DNA of 64,000 nt from Piromyces finnis finn (taxonomy: Eukaryota > Fungi > Neocallimastigomycota). The DNA lies in the NCBI GenBank assembly GCA_002104945.1, contig MCFH01000041.1:1-64000 (forward strand). The letters are read 5' to 3'. The number at the start of each line of letters is the position of its first letter. Positions within the stretch are counted from its first letter, which is position 1. This document shows, one piece after another, positions 34,901-47,489 of the stretch. Both the position numbers and the translations under genes were made by a program. The notes beneath the pieces were generated by a model. The model was not told where the DNA came from. It saw nothing but the letters and a program-made list of their open reading frames with translations, and ran no database searches.

Positions 34901-35685
34901 CACATGACAAAATTTGATCTTTAGTATAATAGTGATTTTCTTTAATTAAAATTATTAGAATACATTATACTCAATTTTTATTCATTTGTGTTTATTTAAA
35001 TATATTCTTTTAATTTTTATTTTTTTATTTTTATTTTTTTATACCATGTATTATAATTTTAATTAAATTAATAATAAAGTTTAAAAATATTTGATACCTT
35101 TAAAAAAAAAAAAAATTCTAAAATCTGATGTGCTTAACAATTAATAAAAGATTTCATAACATATAAATATAAAAATACCTATACAACATTCATAATTATT
35201 ATTATTAAATTTATATCATAAAATTCTTTTTTAAGTTAAAAAAAAAATAAATTTAATAGATTGTCAAATATATACTATGTAAATATAAATATATTAAAGA
35301 GAATGATATTATGAAATTTTAAAAATTTTAAAATAAATGTTAAAAAATTATTAATAAAATGACTAAAACTTTAAAAATTATATTATTATGAGTCATTTAA
35401 AAAAGATATGATGAAAATGTTATGAGGTATATGATATATATGATATAATAAATTAAGGTTTATGATATTTACTACTTCTTCCTTTAGCATTATAAGAATA
35501 GTGTTTTAATTACATTACAATAAAAATAATTATATAGTTTTTATTATGTACTTCGATATAGTTGTATTCTTTTATTTTTAATTATATAATTTTTAAAATA
35601 TTACTTGTAGAGTTTATGAGATGATAATATTAAAATATTTAGTGAATTTAATGATTTGAAATTATGATTAAGTTGCTATTGAAAT

Positions 35686-35710
35686 AATAAATAAATAAAT
35701 AAATAAAAAA

Positions 35711-35754
<44 letters not shown>

Positions 35755-35793
35755 AATAGTAATAATAATAATAACAACAACAACAACAACAAC

Positions 35794-35868
<75 letters not shown>
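35686..35868. repeat. Compound (AAAT)n-(AAT)n-(AAC)n-(AAT)n microsatellite
   Basis: Read directly; source of the poly-I/V/L ORFs in the track. Confidence 0.95.
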
Positions 35869-35870
<2 letters not shown>

Positions 35871-38800
35871 CAGAATATAATATATACATAACATCAAAAT
35901 GACGACAATAGATAAAATATAAACATTTTTTTAATACAACTTATTAGTAATTCTAATATTCAACATGTATTAAATATAATAATCATACATGTAAAGTACA
36001 ATATAAATTATAATACATTAAAATGAATATAGGAAATATTATAGAATGTGTTTTCTAATATTTAATGCATATTAATTTAAAGGGTTGTTTCTAATAATAT
36101 ATATATATATATATAGATATTTTTATATTTATATTTTATTTTAAAATGATAACTTTTCTCTTGGTATAAAAGGATGTAACGACAGATTTTTCTGTGAATA
36201 GATAATGCATATAAATAAAAACAATTTTAAACTTTAAAAAATATAATTTTATAATATTAGATATATATTTCATCATATCTTTTATATTGCTCTTTCTCTT
36301 TTTTTTTATTTTTTTGATTATGTAATTAATTAAAACCATATATATATATATTAATATTATGCTTTTATGTTAGGAATAAATGACTAATACTTTTTATTTT
36401 ATTATTTAACTATAAAAGTATCAAATTAAAATTCATTAATATACACTATATTATAAATTAAAAAAAATATTTATGCATATATTAAAGTTAACTATTAAAA
36501 CATTATTAAATATATTATTACTATTTTAATTAAAGGATAGAATATGTATATATATTATATTGATTAATAAAAAAAATACAATAAAGATTTCAAAATTTTT
36601 ATATTATTTTATAAGTAGTTTAATTTGAAAAATATATTACAAGTACTATTATTTTATGAAATAGCTATAGTAGTTTAATAAATTACAATAAGTAATATAT
36701 TATAAATATATTGTTTTTACAGATTTTATTATGAACTAATACTAATTATTCAATTAGGATATTTAAATAAATTATTAAATAATGTTTTAATCCATATATA
36801 ATTTATATTTACTAAATTTAAACCAATAGTTCTTGTATCTAATAATTTATTATAAAAATATATATCCATTTTTATCCTTAATTTTTCCTAATAAATAGCA
36901 ATTAAACTAATTTAATAAAAACTAAAAAAAATATATATTAAATAAAAATATTAAATAAAAAACTATTTTCTACTGATATATATTTTTTATTTTATTAACA
37001 GTAGTGTAACTTTTTTTTTATATCGAAAGATTTTAATTTTAAAATTGTTTTGTTAGTTGAGTGTAAAATTTTGTATTTTGTGAGTGGATTTAGTTTATTA
37101 TGTAAAAATTTTAATATAAAAGTCATATAAAAACTAATAATGAAAATTTTTATGTAAAGCTTTAATATTTCTTTGAACTAGGAAATGATCAACATGATAA
37201 CAATAATAATATTAATAAAATCATAACATCACGTGAAATCATAAAATGGAATAATTCTCTAAAATATTATTAAATAAAGTTTAATTTTTCTAATTAACCA
37301 TTTTTTTAATTAATTTATGTAAATTATATAAATATAAATATATATATAATTTCATATATATTTTTTCCGAATTAAAAATAAACAAACAAAAAAATAAACA
37401 GATAAAACTATTTTAATATTATAATATTTTTTTTTATATAGAATTATTAATAATATTATGACTTTTTTTTTTATAAAGAAAATAGTGCTAACTATTATTA
37501 TTGAATTACTGAAAGAGCAATGATTTTTATTTGGTTAAATAGATAATTTTCAAAAAAACTTTTTTTATGTAACTCTATTCCGATTGATATTGAAGAAAGG
37601 AATATCAATATAAATTTCATTATTACTCATAAATTTATTTAATCTTTTCCTCACCCCTATATATTTTTATAAAAACCTTAGAATAAGAAGTATGTGTAAA
37701 GTGGAGCAGAAATAAATTAAACTAATTATGTTATGCTAGTACTTTTTTTTTTATAACAAATATATAAACGATGAAAAAAAGTATTAGTGTTATTTATAGT
37801 TTTTAAATATATATTATTGATTATATAAAATAAAGTAATCAATAAATGATGTATTTTAAAGAATTTTAAATAATTAAAAAAAAGTTAAAAGCCTTAATTT
37901 GTAATACATTTCACAAACATCCAAAATAATTTATTTTTTAATTACTAATTATTTTAATATTAATTAATATCCTTTTTATTTTATTATAATATAGGTTTTG
38001 CTATTTTTTATATGATTTCAAAAAATAACAAATGTGCTTTTTTCTTTTTAATAATAATTCACAAAATAAAATAATAAAAAAATGAAATATAAAACATGGT
38101 AAACATTATGTTTTTTTATTAATAAATGATTTTCAATTTTTTTTTAGAAAGGATACAATTGTTATGATTGGGTTAAGAACTTTATTTTATAATATTTAAA
38201 GTATATTTTTTCATATTTAAGAAAATATTTTTTTAATATTAAAAAAGTATAAAATCATGTTTTTTATTGTACTACAATTAATATAGTTACATAAAATTAG
38301 TTTGTGATATGTGATATATTATTTTATATAAAAATTTGTAATTATAATTAATAATTTATTATAATATATTAAATATAATTAGATATGATATATAATAATA
38401 AAATTTTTATTGAAAATCTTTTAAATTACAATTTTTGTAATACACAAAATCTATCCTATTTTATTTTATATTATTATTTAAAGTAATTATCATATAAATA
38501 CAATATATAATATATTAAATATAAATATAAAATAAATTATAAATATATTAATTATCATTGTTTAAACTAAATACCTACTTAATATTTAGTGCCATTATTA
38601 AAAAAAAATAAAAAGGTATACTTAATTTTTTCTTAAATAATTCTCTAAAATTTAATATTTTTTTAATATTAAATAGTCAATTGATTATATATTAATCTAT
38701 ATAATTTAATATATATAATAATGAATTAATAATAATTAAATTATAAACAAAAAACAACATAAAAAAATTTGCGGTTAATATTTATTTTTAACTACATTTG

Positions 38801-39131
38801 GAAGATTGTATTATATCAAATCAATAAAAATTTAACTTTATATATTATTATATAAGCGAGCTAATATCATATATCATATATAATATTACTTATAATATAT
38901 CATTTAATGTTATTTGTTAATATCTTTTGAAATATATATTCATATATTATGATGATCCTAAATATAATATATTTTTATTCATCACTACTTTGAATAATAT
39001 TTTGAAATTTTATTAAATATAATTAATTAATTAAATATTTTTATTAATTAAAGAATTTTACAAAAAAATATATAAATTATTTAAAAATATCATAATAATA
39101 TTAATATAAAAAATAAGATTAAAAATTTTTT

Positions 39132-39162
<31 letters not shown>

Positions 39163-40257
39163 CAGGATTAAGTTAAACTTTATTATTTAATAAAAGGATT
39201 TAACAATAAAAGATATAAAAAGAAACCTTTTTCCACCTTTTTTATTCCTTTTTTTTTTTAAAAATAAAAATAAACTAGTAAAAATATTTGAAGAAAATTT
39301 CATTTTTATTATTTTAAACACATGTATTACTTTTATTTTATTAATAGTCTTTAAAATATCATATCATACTATTTATTAATAAGATAACAGTGATAGATAA
39401 AATAATAAAAATGAAATTTCTTTTTTTTTTTTTGTAAAAGAAAAAGCAATTAATTATAATTTCAATCAAATATATTTTATATATTATTTTATTATAAATA
39501 ATAATATCAACACATAACAACTATATAACTTTTATTTATTAAAGAATAGTAATATAAAAATTATTACTTTTTCGTAAATTCACATAATTTAATATCATTA
39601 TAATAAATATATAACAAAGCATTTTTTTTTTTTACCAATTAAAGTTAAAATTAAAAAATAACAATTTTGAAAGAAAATTAAAAAAATAATTTTAAGAAAT
39701 AATAATTATTTAGTATTTCTTAAAATCGTTTAACATAACGATATATTCATTTTAAAAATTTAAAAATATAAATACCAAAAAACGAAAATATTATAATAAT
39801 ATATAAAAGAAAATTAAAATATAAAACTAAAAAATTTAATTAAATATTGTTATATTCAATGTTTATTTAAAACCAATTTTCATTTTTCATTTAGAATTAT
39901 TATAAAACATATTTTCAATAACAACAATCATATATAAAAGAGGAAAAAATAAAAAACACTAACATTTCTACAAAATTAAAAAATTACTAAAATTAACTTT
40001 ACAATATCAAATATCATTAATAATTCAATAATTTAAAATAATTTAAATTACTATTTGAAATCAATTAATATAAATGAATTATAATCAATATACATCCAAG
40101 TAATAATAATAACAATAATAGTAACAAAAGCAAGAAAATCAAAAAAAAAAAAAAAAAAACTTAAAAACTTAGTAAATTTTCTTATAACTATTCGCAACTA
40201 AAACATTTCTTCTACTTTTTTATTTTATTTATTTTATTAATTTTAATATAATTTAAT

Positions 40258-43182
40258 ATGAGTAAAGATATATACACATATTTTGATTTATTCCCCCATG
40301 AAAAGAATATGCAAAAATTTCCTGCTAGAATATCAAGTAAGGTACCTGTACAAATAGCAATGCACTCTAGAAATAATAGTAATGGTTATGAAGGCCATCA
40401 TTCTTATAAAAATGAAAAAATTTGTGATTATGATATGCCCTTAGTTAAACCAATTGCTATTAATACATTATCAAAAAAATCAAAAGATGAATCAAATTCT
40501 TATCAATCCTATTTCTCATTGGGACAAACCCCATCAAATTCATCAACTTCTTCAAACAATACTCAGAAAACTTTTAATAATAATAATAATAGTGTTATAG
40601 ATTATCAATTTAAATTTGATGAAGATGATTTTCCAAAAATTAGAAAGGAATCATTTGATAATAAAATGTCATTAAATTCAATAGAGTATAATGAAAGTGT
40701 AACATTTGCTGTATTAAATTCAGATATTTATGCTAAAAAGTCATATCGTGATTTTATTGATGGTAGTATTGAAGGCAATTATGACAGAGACTATAAAAAA
40801 TTATATAATGATAAGGATATAATGGATATTAAATCTATAAAAAATAAAGAAAATTTAAAGTCATTGTATACCCATGAAAGTCGTAATAACAACTCAAAAT
40901 TGAAGGAGGAAAAAGTACATAAAAAATTAATTGGAAATGAAATTATCTTTAATCCGGATGAATCACCTATTATTATTCCTGAAAAGCCTACTAATAATAA
41001 AGTTGATATGTCTAAAAGTATTCTTTTTAAAAACTCAAATTCATCTACTGATAGTTTGTCTTCTTCAGGTAGTCATTCTCATTCTGGAAAGAAGAGAGTT
41101 TCATTAAAAAAGACAAGAAATTCAATAAATATTTCAAGATCTAGAAGTAATAGTTTGAGTAAAAAGTCAGGTCATAAAAACGATTTTGATGATTATTCAG
41201 AATTCAATTTAGAAAGCTATTCTTCAGAGGTTCGCAGTTATTCACTTCCTAGAAGAAGTGTAGATTGTCATACAATAGATACTAGATCTCGTAGTAATAC
41301 TCTTCCAAGAAGTTTAATTATTAGTCCAGCAAAAGATGAAAAATTTCTTGTATACAGTTCCCCTAAAAAAGATTCTTATAATGTTCAAGATATCCCAGCT
41401 GTTAAAACAATGGAATATGAAAAAAAAAATAATTATAATTCATATGACGACGATAAAGGATCTTTCATATATAATCAATCCGATCTTATTTCACCATCCA
41501 TATGTGATGTTATAGAATACCGTAATTTTTTAAAATCAAAAAATTACGAAATGCCAGATTCTAAAGAAGAAAGAAGACATCGCTCCCTTTCTAGAAAACA
41601 TGAAAGTCGTTATAGATCGTTATCAAGAAGTAGTGATAATAATGATAAATCAGAAGGTAAAAGAAGGTCAAGGTCAAAATCAAAAAGAAAAAGCAAAAAC
41701 GAACATACAAACTTAACGGTAAAAAATGTAGATGATGAAAGTAGATATCGTTCTTTGTCAAGAAGTAGAAAAGATAGTCGGGATGATGAAAGAGTAGAAA
41801 AAATAGAAAAGGAAAGAGCAGAAAGAATGGAAAAAGAAAATAAAGAAAGAGAAAGAAAGCGTTCTACTTCTAGACATAAAAAATGTCACAGAAAAAATAA
41901 ATCTTCATCAAATCATGATAGCCCATTAGTGAAATCAAGTCCAATTGTGAGAAATAATAGCCACGGTAGTAATGTTGGAAGTCCTTTTAATAAAGGTAGT
42001 CCATTGGTTAGAAGAGATAGTCGTGGAAGTAATATTGGAAGCCCATTAACTAGAAAAGAAGGATATAGTAGCCCACTAGCTTCTAATAGTTTGGCAAATA
42101 ATAAATTTTCAACTGCATTTATTCAAAATGATTATAGTAAATCTCCTTTAGAAAGTAAATCACCATTTGAAAGTAGAAATTATCAAAATATTGAAAACGT
42201 ATTTCAAATCAATAAAAACGATTATCCAAATGTAAATATTAGTGATGAAGATGAAGATAATAAGAATAATTATTCTAGTACCACAACTGTTGGTAAAACA
42301 CAAAATAAGGATATCATTAATGAAATATGTGATCTTAAAAAGTTTTCTCAAGATTTCTCTTCTTTAAATGTTTTGGAAAGCATCCTTAATCGACCAATTG
42401 AAGATGATTTTGAATTTTTAAATTATAAAAGAATATCTGATGTACAAAAGTTGGATAATCATAAATTTTCTACTCTTACCAGATTGTCATCTCAATCCAA
42501 GCGTCGTAGTAAATCTCGTGAATTAGCAAGAAGAAATTCAGATATTGATTTTAGAAAAGGTCATAATAGAGCTAGTAGTGAGCAATTACGAAATGAAGAT
42601 GGTAGTAATGGTAAAGGTAATAAAAGAAATATTTTTAACTTTTTTTCTCATAAAAAGAGTAAAAGTTATTCCAGTTCATCTGATAAAAGTTTAAGTAATG
42701 AGAAGAATAAAGTATTAAATTTCGATAAAATGATTAAAGGAAATGAAACCATAAAAATAAAGTTACAATCTTCCAGTAAAATTGGATCACCATATATTAT
42801 TCCAAGATCAATGGATGATAATAGTAGTGATTCTGATATTAATAACGAGGAGTACAGTACAAGTTATAAAAACTTTTTAAAAGAAAAAATGATGAATCAA
42901 CAACAACAACAGCAACAATTTAATAAACCACCAATTAATAATATAAAAGATTATACTCCTCTTTTCCGAATAAATATGATTAATAATAATAGTATGAACC
43001 CGCATTTTAATAATATGGAATTCTATGGAGCCACAAAAGAAATGCCTACTAATCCATATGATCAATTTAATGATTTTAGTATGGATGAAATTGAAATTGA
43101 TAGAAAACCCGTTAATCATATTAAAAGAAATTCTTCATTAAGTAGAAACAATAAACATGGAAGTAAACGAATCATTTATTAA
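40258..43182 (+). CDS. Uncharacterised 974-aa Ser/Arg/Lys/Asn-rich, largely disordered protein, single exon
   Basis: A 2.9-kb open frame with higher GC than its flanks, which is implausible by chance at this AT content. Internal repeats are present and no catalytic motif was recognised. Confidence 0.85.
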   Translation: MSKDIYTYFDLFPHEKNMQKFPARISSKVPVQIAMHSRNNSNGYEGHHSYKNEKICDYDMPLVKPIAINTLSKKSKDESNSYQSYFSLGQTPSNSSTSSNNTQKTFNNNNNSVIDYQFKFDEDDFPKIRKESFDNKMSLNSIEYNESVTFAVLNSDIYAKKSYRDFIDGSIEGNYDRDYKKLYNDKDIMDIKSIKNKENLKSLYTHESRNNNSKLKEEKVHKKLIGNEIIFNPDESPIIIPEKPTNNKVDMSKSILFKNSNSSTDSLSSSGSHSHSGKKRVSLKKTRNSINISRSRSNSLSKKSGHKNDFDDYSEFNLESYSSEVRSYSLPRRSVDCHTIDTRSRSNTLPRSLIISPAKDEKFLVYSSPKKDSYNVQDIPAVKTMEYEKKNNYNSYDDDKGSFIYNQSDLISPSICDVIEYRNFLKSKNYEMPDSKEERRHRSLSRKHESRYRSLSRSSDNNDKSEGKRRSRSKSKRKSKNEHTNLTVKNVDDESRYRSLSRSRKDSRDDERVEKIEKERAERMEKENKERERKRSTSRHKKCHRKNKSSSNHDSPLVKSSPIVRNNSHGSNVGSPFNKGSPLVRRDSRGSNIGSPLTRKEGYSSPLASNSLANNKFSTAFIQNDYSKSPLESKSPFESRNYQNIENVFQINKNDYPNVNISDEDEDNKNNYSSTTTVGKTQNKDIINEICDLKKFSQDFSSLNVLESILNRPIEDDFEFLNYKRISDVQKLDNHKFSTLTRLSSQSKRRSKSRELARRNSDIDFRKGHNRASSEQLRNEDGSNGKGNKRNIFNFFSHKKSKSYSSSSDKSLSNEKNKVLNFDKMIKGNETIKIKLQSSSKIGSPYIIPRSMDDNSSDSDINNEEYSTSYKNFLKEKMMNQQQQQQQFNKPPINNIKDYTPLFRINMINNNSMNPHFNNMEFYGATKEMPTNPYDQFNDFSMDEIEIDRKPVNHIKRNSSLSRNNKHGSKRIIY

Positions 43183-43820
43183 TTATTAAATATAAAATCT
43201 TGCTATCTACTTTAATATTGCAAATTAATCCTTTTTCTTTTTAAAGGAAAACATACATTCAAAACATCATTAAATTAATTTTAAAGCATAAGCAATATTA
43301 TTATTATTATTAATGTTTTTTTTTTAAAAAAAGATAAATGAGAAAAACCAAAAATTTTTAATACTTAAGTTAATATGTATAAAAGATAAAATATTTTGAT
43401 AATATTTTATTATTTTATATAAAATATCAATCAATCAGACAAACAAACAAACAAACAAAAAAGTAGAAATTCTTAAATATATTTAAAATTTTTAGTGTTA
43501 TAAATACTTTTTTTAATCAAATAAATAAATATAAAGATGGTTTTTTATGATTAAAGACCATTTTTTTTTTTATTTTTTTAACTATTGTAAAATATTAAAA
43601 ATTTCTTTAAGTATAAAAAAAAAAAAAAAAATAAATATTAAAAATTTAAAGATGTAATCTCCAAAGTTAGCTTTTTAAGAAATACAATTGTAGAAATTTT
43701 TATGCTTTGCATTTAAAATATTGATGAATAGATTTATTATTATTATATAATTGTGAAAAAAATGTTTAATATTGAAATAATTAATCTTTAGCTTTTCTAT
43801 CTTTTTTTTTTTTTTTTTTT

Positions 43821-45834
43821 TTATTTTTTTCTTTTCATTGCATTTAACTATTATTGATATAAATATAAACATTTATACATTTGGATAATTAGTTATTTTC
43901 CTTTTATTTATATAGGATATTAAAATTGTATATATTTTAATCTGGAAAAATAAATTTTTATTTTACCTTTGCCTGTTTTCTTTTAAGATATGCTTTATAA
44001 AATCTTATAATAACCAATACGGCATGTTTTGTTTGAACAATTTTAAATGTTCTTTCCTGATTTATTTAATATAAATATGATAGTTAAAATAAATGAATAT
44101 AATTAAATATAATATAATATAGTTAAATATATATAATATTTATAAAAGCAATTAATTTCTTAAATATAAATAAAAATATTATGAAAATTTACTTCTTCTT
44201 GTATTCTCTTTAATTCCCTTATTTCTTTCTCCTTTCTAAATTCCTCCTTTAAATTAAAATACTTTTCTTTAAGTTCAACTAATGCTGTATGTTGCTCATC
44301 ATATTTTTTAGTTAAAGATTCAATTTCTTCTTCTTTTCTTGATACTTCATCATCATATTTATGAATCCAATTTTCAATTTCTGATTCTATTCTAAATTTT
44401 TTTTTTAAAAAATTATTTTCTTCTTCTTTATTTAAAATAATTTTTTCTTTTAATTTTTGAGTTAATAAGTCAATTTCTGTATTTATTTGACGTTTCTTAT
44501 ATAATATATTATTATTATTATTATTATTAATCATTAATTCAATAAATATATGTTAAATTACTTTTTTTTATTAATTTATATAGTGTTATTTAAAAAATTT
44601 ATATTACTTTATCTGAAGATAATTTTTTTTCCCTGTCTATAATTTGTTTAGAACTATTTTGAATTCTTTTAATATTACTTGAAGAAGCTATTTTACATTT
44701 TTCAAGTTCATCTTATGAAAGCGTTATAATAACCATTTAATTATAATTGAATTAATATTGAATAATATATGTAGTAAAATAATAAAATAAAATGTTAAAT
44801 GTTTATTTCATTCTACCTTTGTATTGTTCCATTTGTCTAGTTTTCTCGGATATATTTTCATATCTTTCATTAATAGCATTTTTTAATATAGATTGATATT
44901 TCTCAACTTTTTCTTTTTTTTTTAATTCTATCTCAGTAATTTCCTTAATTTCTTTTTGTTTTTTGATATCTTGCTCATAGGTGGTGTCTAACATATCATA
45001 TAAATAATTTAATATTTCGGTGACAGTCTTTTCGAAACTTTGAATTTCAACTTCTTTTTTTATTTTACTTTCTGTTTGATATTTCATTAGTCGAAGATAG
45101 GCATCAGGTGAAAATAAGAAGGCTCTGTATACATTTTTAATTGCTATTTTAAATCTTTTAGTGACTTCATTTAAATATAAGGAGTTTGTCTATTGAAAAA
45201 AGTTAAATTCAGTTATATTATAAATTATAAATATTTTATTGTTAATTTAAATAAATAAATAATATAAAGAAGAAAAATATTTAATATTGAAATTAATATT
45301 TAAATATTAATTCATTTCATAAAGATTAAATACCTCCCCATTAGATTTCCTTACTAATAAATATTCATTTTTAGTTTCAAAATATTTCTGTATATATATA
45401 AGTCATTGATTATGGTAATAGTAAATATTAATATTTTAAATATATAAAGGATAATCCAATATTAATCACAAAAAATATTTATTTTTTTTAATAATTTTAT
45501 TATATGTTATATAGTGTATTATTAAATATACTTTAATAACATTTGATACATTAGAGTCGAAAATATTTAAAAAATGCTTTTCTGCAGAATCCGGTAAAAG
45601 GCCAACAATAACTATTTTTTTGTAGAGTTCATTTAAAACTGATTTTATTCTTTGACGCTGAATGTAACATGGAGATCGATCACTTTCGGATATCATTAAT
45701 TCCGAGAATGATAATTCTTTTGAATGTTGATTAAGTATTTTTTTTCTTTCATTATTTTGATTTATTGGAGGTAACTGATTTTGATTTGAAGAGAGATTCC
45801 CGAAGAAATCATTTTTCATAACACTATTCATCAT
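43821..45834 (-). CDS. DRC10: Nexin-dynein regulatory complex subunit DRC10 (IQCD), about 7 exons, about 440 aa; start codon uncertain
   Basis: QRQRIKSVLNELYKKIVIVGLL, IKNVYRAFLFSPDAYLRL, and KKFRIESEIENWIHKYDDEVSRKEEE (recalled human IQCD [25 protein letters not shown]). An IQ-like segment and Lys-rich tail follow. Confidence 0.85.
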
Positions 45835-46555
45835 TATTAATGTATACAATGGAAGAAGGTATTTTAATATTTAATGAATTTATATTATCTTCTTTTTTTT
45901 TTTTAATCCAATATTATTTCCTTTCTTATCCTTTATATTCTACATAAAATAAGTATATAAAAATATTAATCGATTATATATCTTTAGTATTGAATTATAT
46001 AAACATTTTATTTTATATTATTTAAAATTAATTACATTTTCATTTAAATGAAAGAAGAAAAAGAAAACTTTAAATCTATTGAAAAAAATATTTAATTTTT
46101 TTCCCCATTTTCAAATTAAAATTACTTTAAATAATCTTATTCCCATTAATAGATTCGGAATATAACTTTTGGAATTTCTTGCTTCATTTTTATAAGATAA
46201 AAATGGTTTATATTATAAGGCTGTTGTGATACTTTTTTTTCTTCTTAATATTAATTTTAAAAAAATAATTACTCGGAAATTACCCTTTTTTTTTAAATAA
46301 TAAATTATACAATATTATTCTTTCCTAACTTTGCAATAATGAAATATAATAGTTGAATATTAGTAATATCAAATAAATATAAAAAACTATAGTTTTTTAT
46401 TGACTAATACTTTAAAATGTGAATAAATTTCAAATAGGAAGAGTTTTGTTTATCATGAAATATTTTATTGTACCATAAATTGTATTTTAATATATTTTAT
46501 TTTATAAAGAACAATATATATAGAAAAAAAATTTATTAAAAACATCTTTTTTTTT

Positions 46556-46768
<213 letters not shown>

Positions 46769-47489
46769 TTTTAAAAGATAAGGATAATGAATTGGCACTC
46801 AAAAATAGTAATTATATTTTATGCATAATAAAAATTTCGTAGAGTATTATGAAATTTATTTTCATATATATTATTTCATATATTTAATATGTAAGATGGT
46901 TTTTTTTTTTTTTTCACAAAATTAATAATAATTAAAATAATTTTTTTTCAATGAAGTTTACTCCATATTTATATTCTTTTTTTTTTATTTTATTGTTAAC
47001 TTTAATAATATATATGGTATAAATATGAATAATGTATGTAATATTAAATATTTTATATGTTTTTTTAAAAAAAATGATTGTTAAATTAATTAGTTATAAT
47101 TTAAACATATAAAAATTTTTGGATACTTAAATTATTAATAAATAAAATAAATTAATCATAACTTTAATTTATATAAATATATTTTAATTTGATTTAATTA
47201 TTATAAATCAAAAACTTAAATATATTGGTCGGAGTGAAGTTTTTTAAATAAAGTAAAAAAATAACATAAATAATGAATAAAAATTATATTTAATAAAAAT
47301 TTTCTTTTAATTAATATTTTATATTCTATCTTTGTACTTTTAAAATTATATATTTCCATATTTATATCATTATTATCATTATTTTTATAAATTGTATAAA
47401 ATATTAATATTATAAATAACATATTGGATATGATCATATAATAATAAAACAAATAAAAGTTACATAGAAATTAGAAAATATAATTTAAT

